Positions 1-12,542 of a stretch of DNA of 64,000 bases are shown one piece after another. The stretch is taken from the NCBI RefSeq assembly GCF_006345805.1, contig NC_043006.1:16864001-16928000 (forward strand), written 5' to 3'. Numbering within the stretch: position 1 is the stretch's first letter; each line of letters opens with the position of its first letter. The notes beneath the pieces were generated by a model, which saw only the letters and a list, made by a program, of their open reading frames with translations, ran no database searches and was not told where the DNA came from. The DNA comes from Octopus sinensis (taxonomy: Eukaryota). Position numbers and translations under genes: made by a program.

Positions 1-489
1 GCTTCATTTTAAAACATTTTCTTTTCTTTTATGGTTTTTCATCCATTTTAACCCCTACCCCACCCCTAACTATATGGGTGGGAAGATATATTTTTTGGGG
101 TGATTAGTTCGCTTTACACCTTAATATTTTTCCTACTGCTAGGCAGTCAATCATGAAGAAGTGGAACCTATTTTTCCTCAAAGTCAAGTAAATTGGAGCT
201 AAGAGAGTTAAGTATCTTACTTCAGAGCACAACCCAATGAAAGTAATCAAATCTAAGTCATGTGACAATGCGCCCAGCACCTTAATGAAGCCCCACAGCC
301 ATGGTTAACGACAATAACTGCTACCTAGATACTATAGTAATGATTTATCTTGACTGAGTGACTGCTCTTCTTTTACTGGTAATTAGTTGATTATTTTGAT
401 TAATCTTCAACCAATTGAATACTATTTTAATTCAAGCAAAAGTTGAAGCCAATTTGTGATAAAATAAATGCCAAGCCTTATATGCAACA

Positions 490-832
490 TTTTTTTTTTT
501 TGACCTCGGTCAGACACTGACTATGGGTTTGCACCTAGAGAGTTACCCTCTGAGGCACAAGTCTGGGCAAGGTTGTTTTATGGAAGACCAGCAGTCGCCC
601 ATGCATACCGGTCTCCCCTCTCCACGTCACTGATGTTGTCCAAGGGAAAGGCAAGGGCCGATACAGCTTGGCACCTGTGACGTCGCAACTCATTTCTACA
701 GCTGAGTGAACTGGAGCAACGTGAAATAAAGTGTCTTGCTCAAGAACATAACACGCAGCCCGGTTCGGGATTTGAGCTCACAACCTCACGATCATAAGCT
801 CGACACTAACCACTGAGCCACGCGCCTTCACA
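490..832 (-). mobile_element. tRNA-headed CORE-type SINE (resembles octopus OR2-like SINEs)
   Basis: Minus strand has A-box TGGCTCAGTGG and B-box-like GAGCTCAAATCC, then GTTCTTGAGCAAGACACTTTATTTCAC...CAGCTGTAGAAATGAG, similar to the MIR/CORE domain; A-rich tail. Second copy at 62432-62759. Confidence 0.8.
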
Positions 833-1581
833 TAAATGCAACATTTATGAAGGATTGTTTCAACCACACATTGTTTAAAGACAATAAAGACCAACCTTTC
901 CTCTCTTTTCATTGAGGTCTTCAAAGCTAAAGATGTCAACATCTTGAATTTCACATCTAAAAGACAACACATTTTCTTTTTAAAACAGTCACAGGCAGAT
1001 GAAATAATATTATAAAGTGGAACAAACATTGAAATAGGTTACAATTATATTAAAATTAGATTAGAAATAATAACTCAGGAGTTCAACAAAATTAACAACA
1101 TGTATAACTAACTATTGATACTAACATTGTGATCAGTAACCATGGGAAATGTGGAGCCAGGAAAAACAAAGATGCTGGCAGTGACCTTGGAAAATGGAAT
1201 CATGCCAAATGTCAATTTTACAGCTGTTCGGAATAATTCAACTTTATGACCTTTATTACTTCACCAAGTAGAGAAAAACAGGCAGTTAATATTAATGACA
1301 AGGAAACTACAATTGATAGGATCAAAGTAACTGGTTTCTTGAAGCAATAATAAAAATTTAAACATTAAAAGTAACTGAAATTAGATATTCAGGTCTCCCC
1401 AGCATACTGTGCTAACAGAACTAACATTTACCATGCTAGTACCGTACATGACAGTTTCCACATTTATTGGACAAACCCAAACAAACGATTAAACACACAA
1501 ACAGAAGCTGAGATGTAGGTAAACAGATGCTTGGTAATGACTGACAATTGTCGTACAACAGAGCATTATTCTCCTCTATTA

Positions 1582-1925
1582 GTGCAGGCATGGCTGTGTG
1601 GTTCAAAAGTTTGTTTCACAACCACATGGTTCTAGGTTCAGTTCTATTGGACAGCAAGTCTCTTCTACCCAAAAACCAGGGCCAGCTAATGCATTGTGAG
1701 AAGATTTGGTAGGTGGAATCTCTGAAGACGGTAGCCATCTGCTTTTGTGTTTAGATGCAAGTGTGGCTGTGTGGTTAAGAGGTTTACTTCCCAACCATAT
1801 GGTTTCAGGTTCAGTCTCATTGCATATCACTTTGGGCAAGTGTCTTCTACTATAGACCCAGGCCAACCAAAGGCTTAAGAGTCGATTTGGTCCATGGAAA
1901 CTGAAAGGAGCCTGTCATGTATGTT
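1582..1925 (+). mobile_element. Two tandem degenerate SINE family-1 5' heads
   Basis: Twice ggcatggctgtgtggtt...caaccacatggtt.caggttcagt, followed by the gggcaagtgtcttctactatag body. Confidence 0.65.
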
Positions 1926-3093
1926 TGTGTTCCCTTGTCATGATATCATGTGATACTTGTAAATGAGTGTCACTGTCATACAAGCAAGATTGTTCACTTC
2001 CAACCTCCATGTATAAAGGTCTAGCTATGAGGAAATATTATATTGCTTGGAAACAGATGAGAGATGGCAACATGAAGGACATCTCGCCATATAAGACCTG
2101 CTGCAATAAAACTTTGTCTAACCTATGCAAACATGGAAAATCATCATCATCATCCAGTGTTTTAGATCCAGGTTTTGTGCCTGTTAACGGGGGTAGCCAG
2201 ATCTACCTCAATGCCTTAGCAACTGAGACAGGCAGGTGCAGCCCACCCCAACCTTTGCGTTGGCTGGTGTCCATTCTCCCTTGCTGTCATGAGGCTTTTT
2301 TGGGGCTGGATTTTCTACAGGGAGCATGCCCTTGCTTACTTCCAACCTCAGTTTCTAGACATGAGTGGTCCCGAGACCAAGGCCTCTACCACGATTTTTA
2401 AGAAATGTGGTGGAAAACTAGCTCAGGAAGACAGGGACGCTATTCTGAGACCCCTTCCCCCTAACTAAGTAAACTTAAAAATGATAATGGTGGTGATTTG
2501 ACTCTAGGTATACTACAAAATCTAAATTATTTTCATCTTTCCAAGACAAAAAAAAAAGAGGTTAAGTCAATATCAATAAAATTTAATCTCAGAACAGTCC
2601 CTAATCTACTCAAACACTGACCGTTACTCAAAGTTGAGCGGTTGGTATTCATAAAAGATATAAACTCAAACATAAAAGTGAACCACTAGAATCCACAGTA
2701 ACAAACGATGGCTTGCTATCATTAGTTACTTTTATAATTAGTTATTTACAAATAGTAAATTTCATCTTTCTCAAGCAAAAATGGTCCAGCCCAAAACAAA
2801 CTTCTCTTCATCATAGCAAAACTATTTGATCTGACTCCACTTTGTGAATGTTGTATAAAAATGAATATATTAGTTGACCAATTGTTCTGATAAGGTCTCC
2901 CATATCAGAAGTGGGTTTGATGGGTCTGCTATCCACAGCATAACACCATTTTTATCAATCCCATTGCTGTATCTGAAGTTCATCATCAAACGTGACCATT
3001 TCTTCACTTATGTTTTATATACATGAGAGCAAATGAAGATTTAAAAAAAAAATAATATCAAAGAATTACATAATTAAACAAAGAAATGCTTAC

Positions 3094-3194
3094 TTAGCAC
3101 CGTCTGGAAAACGTAATGTTACAATCACATTTACGACATCAATTCGGCCAACCCAAGAATCAAGGACAACATCACCTGGTTCTGGGCTCCACTC
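3094..3194 (-). CDS. UBE2O: UBE2O-like coding exon 3 (EWSPEPGDVVLDSWVGRIDVVNVIVTLRFPDGA + 2 nt)
   Basis: Acceptor tcttttgtgttttcag|GAG and donor AA|GTAAGC, phase 0/2, 101 nt. Resembles UBE2O GD...DCWLGKV......I.LKLSNGAR. Confidence 0.88.
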
Positions 3195-3318
3195 CTGAAA
3201 ACACAAAAGACATCCAAGTGAAAAAACATTGTAAATTTGGTTTAAAAGCATAAAAGGGAAGGGAGAACCCAACAAAAATAAACAACAGCAAAGGATGACA
3301 GTTTTTTCAGTTACTGTA

Positions 3319-3728
3319 TACTCTTTATTCTTTTTACTCTTTTACTTGTTTCAGTCATTTGACTGTGGCCATGCTGGAGCACCGCCTTTAGTCGAGCAAA
3401 TCGACCCCAGGACTTATTCTTCATAAGCCTAGTACTTATTCTTTCAGTCAATTTTGCCGAACTGCTAAGTTATGGGGACGTAAACACACCAGCATCGGTT
3501 GTCAAGCGATGTTGGGGGGACAAACACAGACACACAAACATATACACACACATACATACATATATACAACTAGCTTCTTTCAGTTTCTGTCTACCAAATC
3601 CACTCACAAGGCTTTGGTCGGCCCGAGGCTATAGCAGAAGACACTTGCCCAAGGTGCCACGCAGTGGGACTGAACCCGGAACCATGTGGTTCATAAGCAA
3701 GCTACTTACCACACAGCCACTCCTACAG
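3319..3728 (-). mobile_element. SINE family 1 (tRNA head GTGGCTGTGTGG/GGTTCAGTCCC, central CA/TA tract, AAAGAGTA tail), near full length
   Basis: Reverse complement of the 37932-38325 copy. Confidence 0.85.
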
Positions 3729-4139
3729 CATGCACCTTTTCTCTTCTTTTTTTTATATTATTTATTTACTATTGATGCATGAGACTTAAGAGTATCCACG
3801 CTGTTTCCCATAAATCATGAAAGACTCATACCATTATTCAGTAACAGTAAAATAGAAGTGATATTTAACTCTTCTTATCCTAACCGTACCAGCAGACAAA
3901 ATATCTCATTTGTTATGCAACCACTAATCATATCCTGTCAGTGCTTAACCATACCGATCAATGCTTTCTTTAAACTCCTGGCTAATATCAATAAATGCTT
4001 CTTTAAACTTCTGACTGCTAGCTACCAAATATTTTGAAATGCTGAGTTATTTCACAGCTAGCAGTCAGGAGATATAATTGTTATAGTGGCCACATTTTAA
4101 ACACGAATGTTTGTGACATGTAAGCAAAATTACTTGAAA

Positions 4140-4500
4140 ACAAAAAAATATTGCTTATGTGATGCTACATTTAAATTAAAAGCTATGCAATTTACACAAA
4201 GCTACACCAATAACAGTAAAACTGCAGTAATAACCAAAAAACTGAAGCTGAATTTGGCTCTTCAGAGAAACAAGTTGGTGACTGGCTAAAAAATTTCAAA
4301 AGAATTTGAAATACTCTGAACTAAGAAGGGATGGTAGAGTGATGTATCCACCTGTCTGGCAGAGAAACAGCAGCTAAAAAACTGGATTCTTGATCTGAGA
4401 CAAACAGAATAGTTACATTGTAACGGTTGGTGCCATTCATCTGAAAGATGAGGAGTTAATCTTGCAACCTAGCTTCAAAGCTTCTGCAGGCTGGTGTAGA
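4140..4500 (+). pseudogene. Degenerate pogo/Tigger-like (POGK-type) transposase N-terminus: Brinker-type DBD plus CENP-B HTH
   Basis: Frameshifted translation gives CDATFKLKAMQF..SYTNNSKTA and LKNWILDLRQ/NSYIVTVGAIHLKDEELILQPSFKASAGWC; FKASxGWC is typical of pogo CENP-B HTH domains. Confidence 0.65.
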
Positions 4501-4846
4501 GATCAAAAGCAGCAAAAAAAAACCTTCACTTTCTCTGTGCAATCAAAAGTGGGGTTTTTTTGTGTCATCTTTATTATGTCCCATTGTTATAATCTACACA
4601 TCACTAACCTATCAGTATCTTATAGTTCATCCAATCTTAGCCTGTTCCAGCTCAAATTAGTTAATGCTTATTTCCTATTCAGACTTGCCTAGTTACCAAA
4701 ACTTAAATAATTCCACTGTTGTAGTATTAATATTCATCCTTATTCAAGACAATAATTTTACACATAATAAACATTAGACTAACTTTAGTAAAGTAGTCAA
4801 TTTTTACCTGTTTCTAAATCCATGAAAATTAGTTAAGTATTCAGGT

Positions 4847-4994
4847 GTAGGCATGGCTTTGTGGCAAGAAATTTGCTTCCCAGCCACATGGTCCCAGGTT
4901 CAATCCCATTGAATGGCACCTTGGGTAAGTGCCTTTTACTTGCCAACCAAAGCCTATGAGTGGATTTGGTAAATGGAAACTGAAAGAAGCCTGT

Positions 4995-5044
<50 letters not shown>

Positions 5045-5160
5045 CACCACTTGACAATCAGTGTAAGTTTGTGCATGTTCCTATAACTTAGTAGTTCAAA
5101 AGAGACCAATAGAATAAGTACCAAGCTTTTTAAAAATACAAGTATTGGGGTTCAATTCAT
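4847..5160 (+). mobile_element. SINE family 1, degenerate, with expanded (GT)n at 4997-5040
   Basis: Head ggcatggctttgtgg...ggttcaatccc, body gagtggatttggtaaatggaaactgaaagaagcc. Confidence 0.7.
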
Positions 5161-5403
5161 TTGACTAAAACAAGTAAAAGGCTTAAAAGACGTAGCAAAG
5201 CATAGTTAGATTTAAAAGGAAAAATCAAGACATTCCTTGCAGCACTGCACAGGTATCAAACTTATTACTGTCAAATGTTGGCCCTTGGAATTTGCTTCAC
5301 TTCAGCTGCCATCAAACCAAAAATAAATAGCTTAAATCTAGATAGAAATGCTTCCTAGCTCTCACAAGGGTGAACTCATTTGTAACATGGTGTTAGTTTG
5401 ATA

Positions 5404-5652
5404 ATCATCATCATCGTTTAGCGTCCGCTTTCCATGCTGGCATGGGTTGGACGATGCAACTGGGGTCTGGGAAGCCAGAAGGCTGCACCAGGCCCAGTCT
5501 GATCTGGCAATGTTTCTACGGCTGGATGCCCTTCCTAATGCCAACCACTCCATGAGTGTAGTGGGTGCGTTTTACGTGCCACCGGCACGGAGGCCAGGCG
5601 AGGCTGGCAACGGCCACAATCGGATGGTGCTTTTTACGTGCCACCGGCACGT
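5404..5652 (-). mobile_element. RTE LINE 3' end with (GAT)n tail
   Basis: catcatcatcgtttagcgtccgctttccatgc...ggatgcccttcctaatgccaacc; the reverse complement matches the 3' UTR that follows the RT ORF at 51481-52997 and 53925-54976. Confidence 0.8.
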
Positions 5653-5998
5653 AAAAATTAAGAAATTAATAAAATACAAACAAAAAACACATTTGTTTCT
5701 TCTTAGTATCATAGAAACCAGGGTTAAAGGAATATTGATGAGGGTCTAAAAATGTTCCTTACTGCCACAGGAGGTTCAATATCTATTAGCCATACTAGCA
5801 ACAACTTGAAGTGTTTCATTTCCCAGTAATAATGTTTTTAACACAAATATACTGCATACTGAATCTATTAATCTTCATACTTGGCTGGTTTTGTATAATG
5901 GTAATTAACAGTCAGTGTTTTAATTAATTTTCAAAGAACATTCCGTGTTCGAATCATACTTTGCAAATAAGAGAAAAACAGTGGATGGCTATAATTAA

Positions 5999-6207
5999 CA
6001 CTATGATTACTCTGTCAAATTTAATATTTATTTATTCACATTGTTTTGAATTAATTATGCATTATCTCATAGCTCTTGAGATCTCCATTATGAGATTGTT
6101 TATGTTCAGAATGACACTGTAGGGTAAATGTGAGAGGCTGGATTTGGGTGATATGAACATAAAACAGAATATTTGGGCCAGATATGGCCATTTCAAATAT
6201 TAAAGGG
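5999..6207 (-). mobile_element. TTAA-flanked piggyBac-type MITE, family B (degenerate)
   Basis: Ends taaaggg|TTAA; internal similarity to 39838-40058. Confidence 0.6.
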
Positions 6208-6510
6208 TTAAATATTTTATTTAAATTGTTAATTGAAAGAGGATCAGGAAATTTTGAAGAAAGCTGGTAAATTTTGGGTAAAATGTTTAACCAAGAAATA
6301 GCAGCTAGTGAGAAACAGAAAGGAAGGTTTTACAAGTTCTAAATGAGATCAGAATGAAGCCAGCAAATATTAAGAGTCAAACCAGGAAACACAATAATTG
6401 TAGAATAAAAAACAAAAAGGTTTGTAGTATTTGAAATGTTTAAGGAGTGAAGAACAGTTTATTAATCAGTTAGAGAGATAGTTTTTTCCTTTAGACAAGT
6501 AGTGACTATA

Positions 6511-6886
6511 TACTCTTTTACTTGTTTCAGTCATTTGACTGTGGCCATGCTGGAGCACCGCCTTTAGTTGAGCAAATCGACCCCAGGACTTATTCTTTGT
6601 AAGCCTAGTACTTATTTTATCAGTCTCTTTTGCCGACATAAACACACCAGCATCGGTTGTCAAGCTATGCTGGGGGGACAAACACAAACATACACACACA
6701 CATATATATATATGTATGTACATATATACGACGGGCTTCTTTCAGTTTCTGTCTACCAAATTCATTCACAAGGCTTTGGTCGGCCTGAGGCTATAGTAGA
6801 AGACACTTGCCCAAGGTGCCACGCAGTGGGACTGAACCTGGAACCATGTGGTTCATAAGCAAGCTACTTATCACACAGCCACACCT
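6511..6886 (-). mobile_element. SINE family 1
   Basis: Colinear with 3319-3728. Confidence 0.85.
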
Positions 6887-9658
6887 TCAATAATTTATGT
6901 ATGAATAAGTATCAATAACAAAAAAGGTTTGAAATAAGTATTGAAAAATATCTCAAGGACAATTAAGTGATTGTTGATTGGTACATAGATTGTTGATTGG
7001 TACATAGAAACAAATAAGTTTCTAGTACAATTATAGGGATAGGAATGCAATCTTATAGAGATTTCATTTCAATTATTATTTGGGAAACAAAGACAGGTGA
7101 AGAGAAAATATTATTCAATTTTTCTGATAGAACAAGTACATTATATGTCACTGAACTCCATTGTACTAAATTCTAGAAGTACAAGCTCTACCCTTTGATA
7201 TTCAAACAGAAGAATGGGAACAATAGTACAAACAACAATAACAATATTAGAATGAAAGAGAAAATATAAAGAAAAAAGGGAAAACAGCAAGATAAAACAA
7301 TAATATTCGAAGGAGGAAATGCCATAGCATTTGATGAATTGTTTTTGCTTTCCAATTTATAAACCATTAATTATGCATAAATATTCCAGCAATTAGAGAA
7401 AACTAAATATAGATGTAATGATATTGCATGTATACCCCATAATGAATAAGAGAGCAAACCTTCCCTTTTATTCTCAGTCAGCACCCAAAGAGCAGCCAGG
7501 GAAGCCATTTATCCTCGACCCAGAACAGCAAAAAGGACCAGTTCCAGTATAGATGGATAATTCCACAACCAAAGAAAGCTTAGACAGACAATTCTTCAAT
7601 TCAGTTGGCAAGACAAGCTGTGTTTACCATGTCTTACAAGATAAGATTCCTGTTTGCTTAAACCAAGAAATAAATTCATGTTGAGAATGAAATAACAAGC
7701 AGGATAGAATAGGATTCTGCATGTAATTGATAAAGTACAGACCTAATTATGCATTGGATATATCAGATATTTCCAAGACTGCTTTTTTTTCTTTTTCTAA
7801 TCATTAATACAGTTCAACTGTACAAAGGCAGAAAGCATGAGGCATGGCTGAATGGTTAAGAAATTTAATTCATGACTACATGGCTCTAGTCTCAATCCTA
7901 CAGAATAGCATCTTTGTCCAAGGTGTTTCCCACCAAAGACACAGAGTGCTCAACACCTTCATAGTGGAATATGGTGAGTGGAAACTGTCCGGAAACACAT
8001 ATGTGTGTATATTGTGTACCTTTTATCATTGTACATCAAGAACACAGATTGTACCTTTTATCATTGTATATTGAGACCACAGATTGGTATTTTTGAACAA
8101 AAACACCCAAAGGTTATTTTGTTTCACCCGTGTGACATAGACACTTCCTTGTCATTATCATCCATAGTACATGCAGTGAATCCAGGAAGTGGCCTCATAG
8201 AAATCTGAAACTAACAATGCTACTGGTCACAAAATGTGATATAAAAACAGGCCACTTAATACAATCATGTTGCATTCCTTATAATTTCAAGTTCAAATCC
8301 CATCAAAGTCAAAAACTTACATTCTTTATCAGCAGCAGGAGGGTGACAGTAAATACCAGTAATATACTGAGGTAGGAAAGATGAAACAATTTCTACCTTG
8401 GAGACTATTTTCAAATTTATAAAAAAGGAAGTGTACATATATCATTACAGTAATGACAAGTACTTGTTAAGTTCAATTTCCAGTGGCACATCGTGTCCTT
8501 GAGCAGGACACTTTATTTCACATTGCCCCAGTCCACTCAGCTGGCAAAAATCAGTGGTACCTGTATTTCAAAGGTCTCACTCTATGTCATGCTGAATCTC
8601 TCCAATTTCTATTCTCTATTCATTAGAAGTAAACTCCCAGTAGATAACACTCATAAGCTCACTTTAAATCCCAAATTAGTAATTTCTTTCAGCACCCCTC
8701 AAGAAAGCCATGAACATCACCCAATCTCTTTTCACTATTTCTTTGCTTCGTGTAAAAAAAAAATTTTTTTTTTTAAATAGATATTTTACAAATGGATGAA
8801 ATACATTAGAATGACTTAGAGCTTTAACATTTAATACTTTAATCATTTTATACACAAATAAAACACAGCCATTTTCCTGATAGACATTTTAAAAAATGAG
8901 AGAGAGAGAGAGAAACAGACAGACAGAGACAAAGACAGACAGAGAGAGGTGCCAATTTGCATGAAATTTATTGTGATGTAATAAACAGAGGTTAGACATC
9001 ATATTGCAAGATGCCCAAGGAAATGTCATCACAAAGACTATCCTTAAGGAAGCATGCAAGAAAGAAATGGTCTGTCGGTGTTTCCACTAAATGCCCAAGA
9101 CATCAAAACATTATATTAGTATTCCAGCAGAAATGGTAAGGAGATATGATTTTTCTCTCTTTTTCTGTTAAAAAAAAAAAAAAAACATTGGACACCTTAA
9201 TAGCCAATTACTATTGCTGCTATTTTGCAGCATTATTATTACAGCAGTGAGGCAAATCAATTCTTCGTGTAAAATTTCCAAATTCAATTCCACCACTGCT
9301 GCCACTTCAGTTTCTAATGCCAAAAGTTTACAGTAATCAGATGGTAATTGATTGATGATAGGATTGATGACAGCTCTATATAACCAATAATATATTATAT
9401 TTAATCTCATCACAAGCTGAAAGGATAGACAAAATATTTTTGAGAGTAGCTGGTTACAGACTGAAGCTGTATATTATACACACACACACACACATACACC
9501 TTAGAAAAAAGTGAAGAATATAATTTGAATTTGCTTCAACAATAATTGACGGAATCTACAGACATAAGAACTGTAACTGCAACTGAATCCACAAACTTGG
9601 GAATTATAAATCAACAGACTTTGGAACAATAATCATCAACAATTCAACCTCTTTCTGA

Positions 9659-9662
<4 letters not shown>

Positions 9663-9716
<54 letters not shown>
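9663..9716. repeat. (TA)n microsatellite
   Basis: About 27 uninterrupted TA units. Confidence 0.95.
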
Positions 9717-9718
<2 letters not shown>

Positions 9719-10740
9719 AATGAAGGATAAAATTTCTTTTCGAAAAAAATATTCTTTTCCCCAAAAAATTTTATCAATGGCCAGCATATCAAAAAAATAC
9801 CTTTAAAGGTTAAATCTATAAACAATTCATAATTAAGGGCAAACCAAAAAATTTCTATAATTATGAATTATATATATATATATATATGGGTTTGGTCACA
9901 AAGAATAAAATGATCTTAAAAATGAATTGAAATGATCAACTAAAACGTAAACTGATATAATTACAATGTAACCTATCTTAATTATAGCTGCCAAACCTCA
10001 ACTAACTTCCTACCATTTTAAAAGCAAGGCTTACAAGTTTTAAGTTCTGGCCATAGCTAAAATGTTTGTAGTTCAATCCCAGAAGTTTGACTGGAAGTGA
10101 CAGTTGTTATCTGTTCTTGAAGGTGCCAAACATACAAGTTGGCAAAAAGTATTTGATCAGCTCTCTCTCCTTTCTCTACAATCTGCTCAGAACTGACACA
10201 GATGATAAATGCAAAAGGCATATGTGTGTGTGTGTGTGAAGAAAGAACATCCAATAATTACATTTGGTGGACACTAGAATGATCTATAACAAAGTCCTAT
10301 GTAAGAAGTGTATATCTACATTATCAATTTCTATCGTTCTTCAAAATGATAATGATATCTTACTTTTTTGCAGCACTGATTAATTACCATTAGTTACTGG
10401 GGTCAATGGCATCAACTAACTTCATTCCTTCGAAATTGCTAGCCTTGCGCTTAAATCATTGAGTTCAAATCCCAATAAGGTCAACTTTGCCTTTCATCCT
10501 TCCAGGGTCAATAAAATGAAGTACCAGTGAAATACTGGGGTCGAGGGTATCAACTAACACCCACCCTTCAAAACTGCTGTCTTTATGCCAAAATCAGAAA
10601 CCATTATTATCATCAGGAAAAAATGCCTTACAACATTTCTTCTGGCTCTTTCTATTCAGAGTTGAAATCCCATCAAGGTTTACTTAGCTTTTCATCCTTC
10701 TGGGAGCCATTAAATAAAGTACTAGTCAATGGTATTCTAA

Positions 10741-10962
10741 GGTGGCAAGCTGGCAGAAACATTAGCACGCTAGGCGAAATACTTAGCAGTATTTCGTCTG
10801 CCGCTACGTTCTGAGTTCAAATTCCGCCGAGGTCGACTTTGCCTTTCATCCTTTCGGGGTCGATAAATTAAGTACCAGTTACGCACTGGGGTCGATATAA
10901 TCGACTTAATCCCTTTGTCTGTCCTTGTTCGTCCCCTCTGTGGGTAATAAAGAAACAGGTAT
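10741..10962 (+). mobile_element. SINE family 2 (tRNA head plus central GACTTTGCCTTTCATCCTTTCGGGGTCGATAAATTAAGTACCAG domain, resembling the Meta/MESC SINE domain), young copy
   Basis: Head ggtggcaagctggcagaa...gagttcaaattcc; near-identical inverted copy at 22378-22613. Sits among older copies spanning about 10390-11020. Confidence 0.8.
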
Positions 10963-12248
10963 CGACTGAGTCCCTCACCTCAAGACTGCCAGCCTTGTAC
11001 CTAAACCAGACACAATTATTATAGGCAATGATTCAATAATAAATGCCTTTAAATCTGATTAAAACTACATTCTTATTGCGACAACCACCAGCCACAGTTT
11101 CTCCAAGAAAATGCAAACAGAAGAAATAATACAACAAAGAATTATTGAATTAAAATCAGTTCCAGCAGACTTGGCCAACAAATTGATGAAAGGAAAGAAT
11201 GATAAACTGCCAATAGTAAAAATAAGTCAGAAAGTTATATTCCTGAAAATCTGTGCCAAAATAGGAATTATTCCAAGCTATTTTGAGATGTGGTCATTAA
11301 ACTTTGGACACTAATGGTAAGCCAGTTAACGTAAAACCACAAAACACTTTGCATAAATATTTATCAGTTAGAAAAAAGCCTAATATTTGTCACTTCTTTC
11401 TTCTAAAATTTACCTTCGTTATAGAATTATATCCACATCTAAAATACGATGTAAATGAGAAAATAAATTTGGTCAGTGAATAAATCAGATGATAATAGAA
11501 AATCAAAATAAATCATTTCTGTATTAGATTTACAGGGTTCTTGATGCAAAAATTATGCATTGAAACAGGTTCTGTTGCATCTTGGGAGGGTCATTATGCC
11601 AATAATGTATATGCTGGTTCTATTTCACTTTTTATTATTTTTAGTCAATAGTTAATCATTTAATCAATTAACTCATTGATTGTTTGATTAATCGTTTGAT
11701 TAATCATTTGGTCAATCAATCAATCAGGCACCTTTCATTGATATTCGTAACCTCATCAATGCTATGTCCTCTCTATTCCAGGTCTGTCTCTGAGTTTGCA
11801 GATTCTGTATTTCTATTTATGGAGATGTGAGAATGTGTGGGGAAAAAAAAAAAAGAGAAAAGGAGAGAGAGAGAGAGAGAAAGAATGTGTGTCCGTGTGT
11901 GCACATGCACATCTGTGTGGCATGATGTGGAGTTTGCAAGTGTGTGAGAGAAAATGTGCATGTTAAAATAAATAAAAACAACAATAGTTCATCAATAGCT
12001 GCTGGTTAGAAATTCCTCAGTATGGCTAAACTGACTGGCAGTATGGAAGAGATAAAGCACCAAGTCAACAGCTCAATGCAGATGTTTGATTAGTGGTGTG
12101 TTATCAACATGAGGAAATTAGAAAAAAAAAATTAATTAAATGTAATTTGATCAAGTGTCCAGAATTGCAAAGGAATATATAGAATAATTAATGAATGTGG
12201 ATTTGAAGTCAAGGAAATAAGTGAAATAATGGAATTTGTAGCTGTGAT

Positions 12249-12542
12249 ACCAGTGCCGGTGGCACGTAAGAGAACCATCCAAACGTGGCCGTAGCCAGCG
12301 CCTCCGTGCTGGTGGCATGTAAAAAGCACCATCCGATCGTGGCCATTGCCAGCCTTGTCTGGCACGTAAAAAGCACCCACTACACTCACGGAGTCGTTGG
12401 CGTTAGGAAGGGCATCCAGCCGTAGAAACATTGCCAGATCAGACTAGGCCTGGTGCAGCCTTCTGGCTTCCCAGACCCCAGTTGAACCGTCCAACCCATG
12501 CCAGCATGGAAAGCGGACGTTAAACGATAATGATGATGATGA
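12249..12542 (+). mobile_element. RTE LINE 3' end with (GAT)n tail
   Basis: gtgccggtggcacgtaa modules, then ggcgttaggaagggcatccagc...ggaaagcggacgttaaacgataatgatgatgatg. Confidence 0.8.

Noticed and set aside
1-3093. UBE2O exon 4 (expected to start in phase 2, with C...FYPGQ-like sequence)
   Set aside because: No matching open frame with splice sites found on the minus strand by eye; probably beyond the left edge.
11111-11314. 67-aa Lys/Ile-rich ORF
   Set aside because: No recognisable motif or splice context; length expected by chance.
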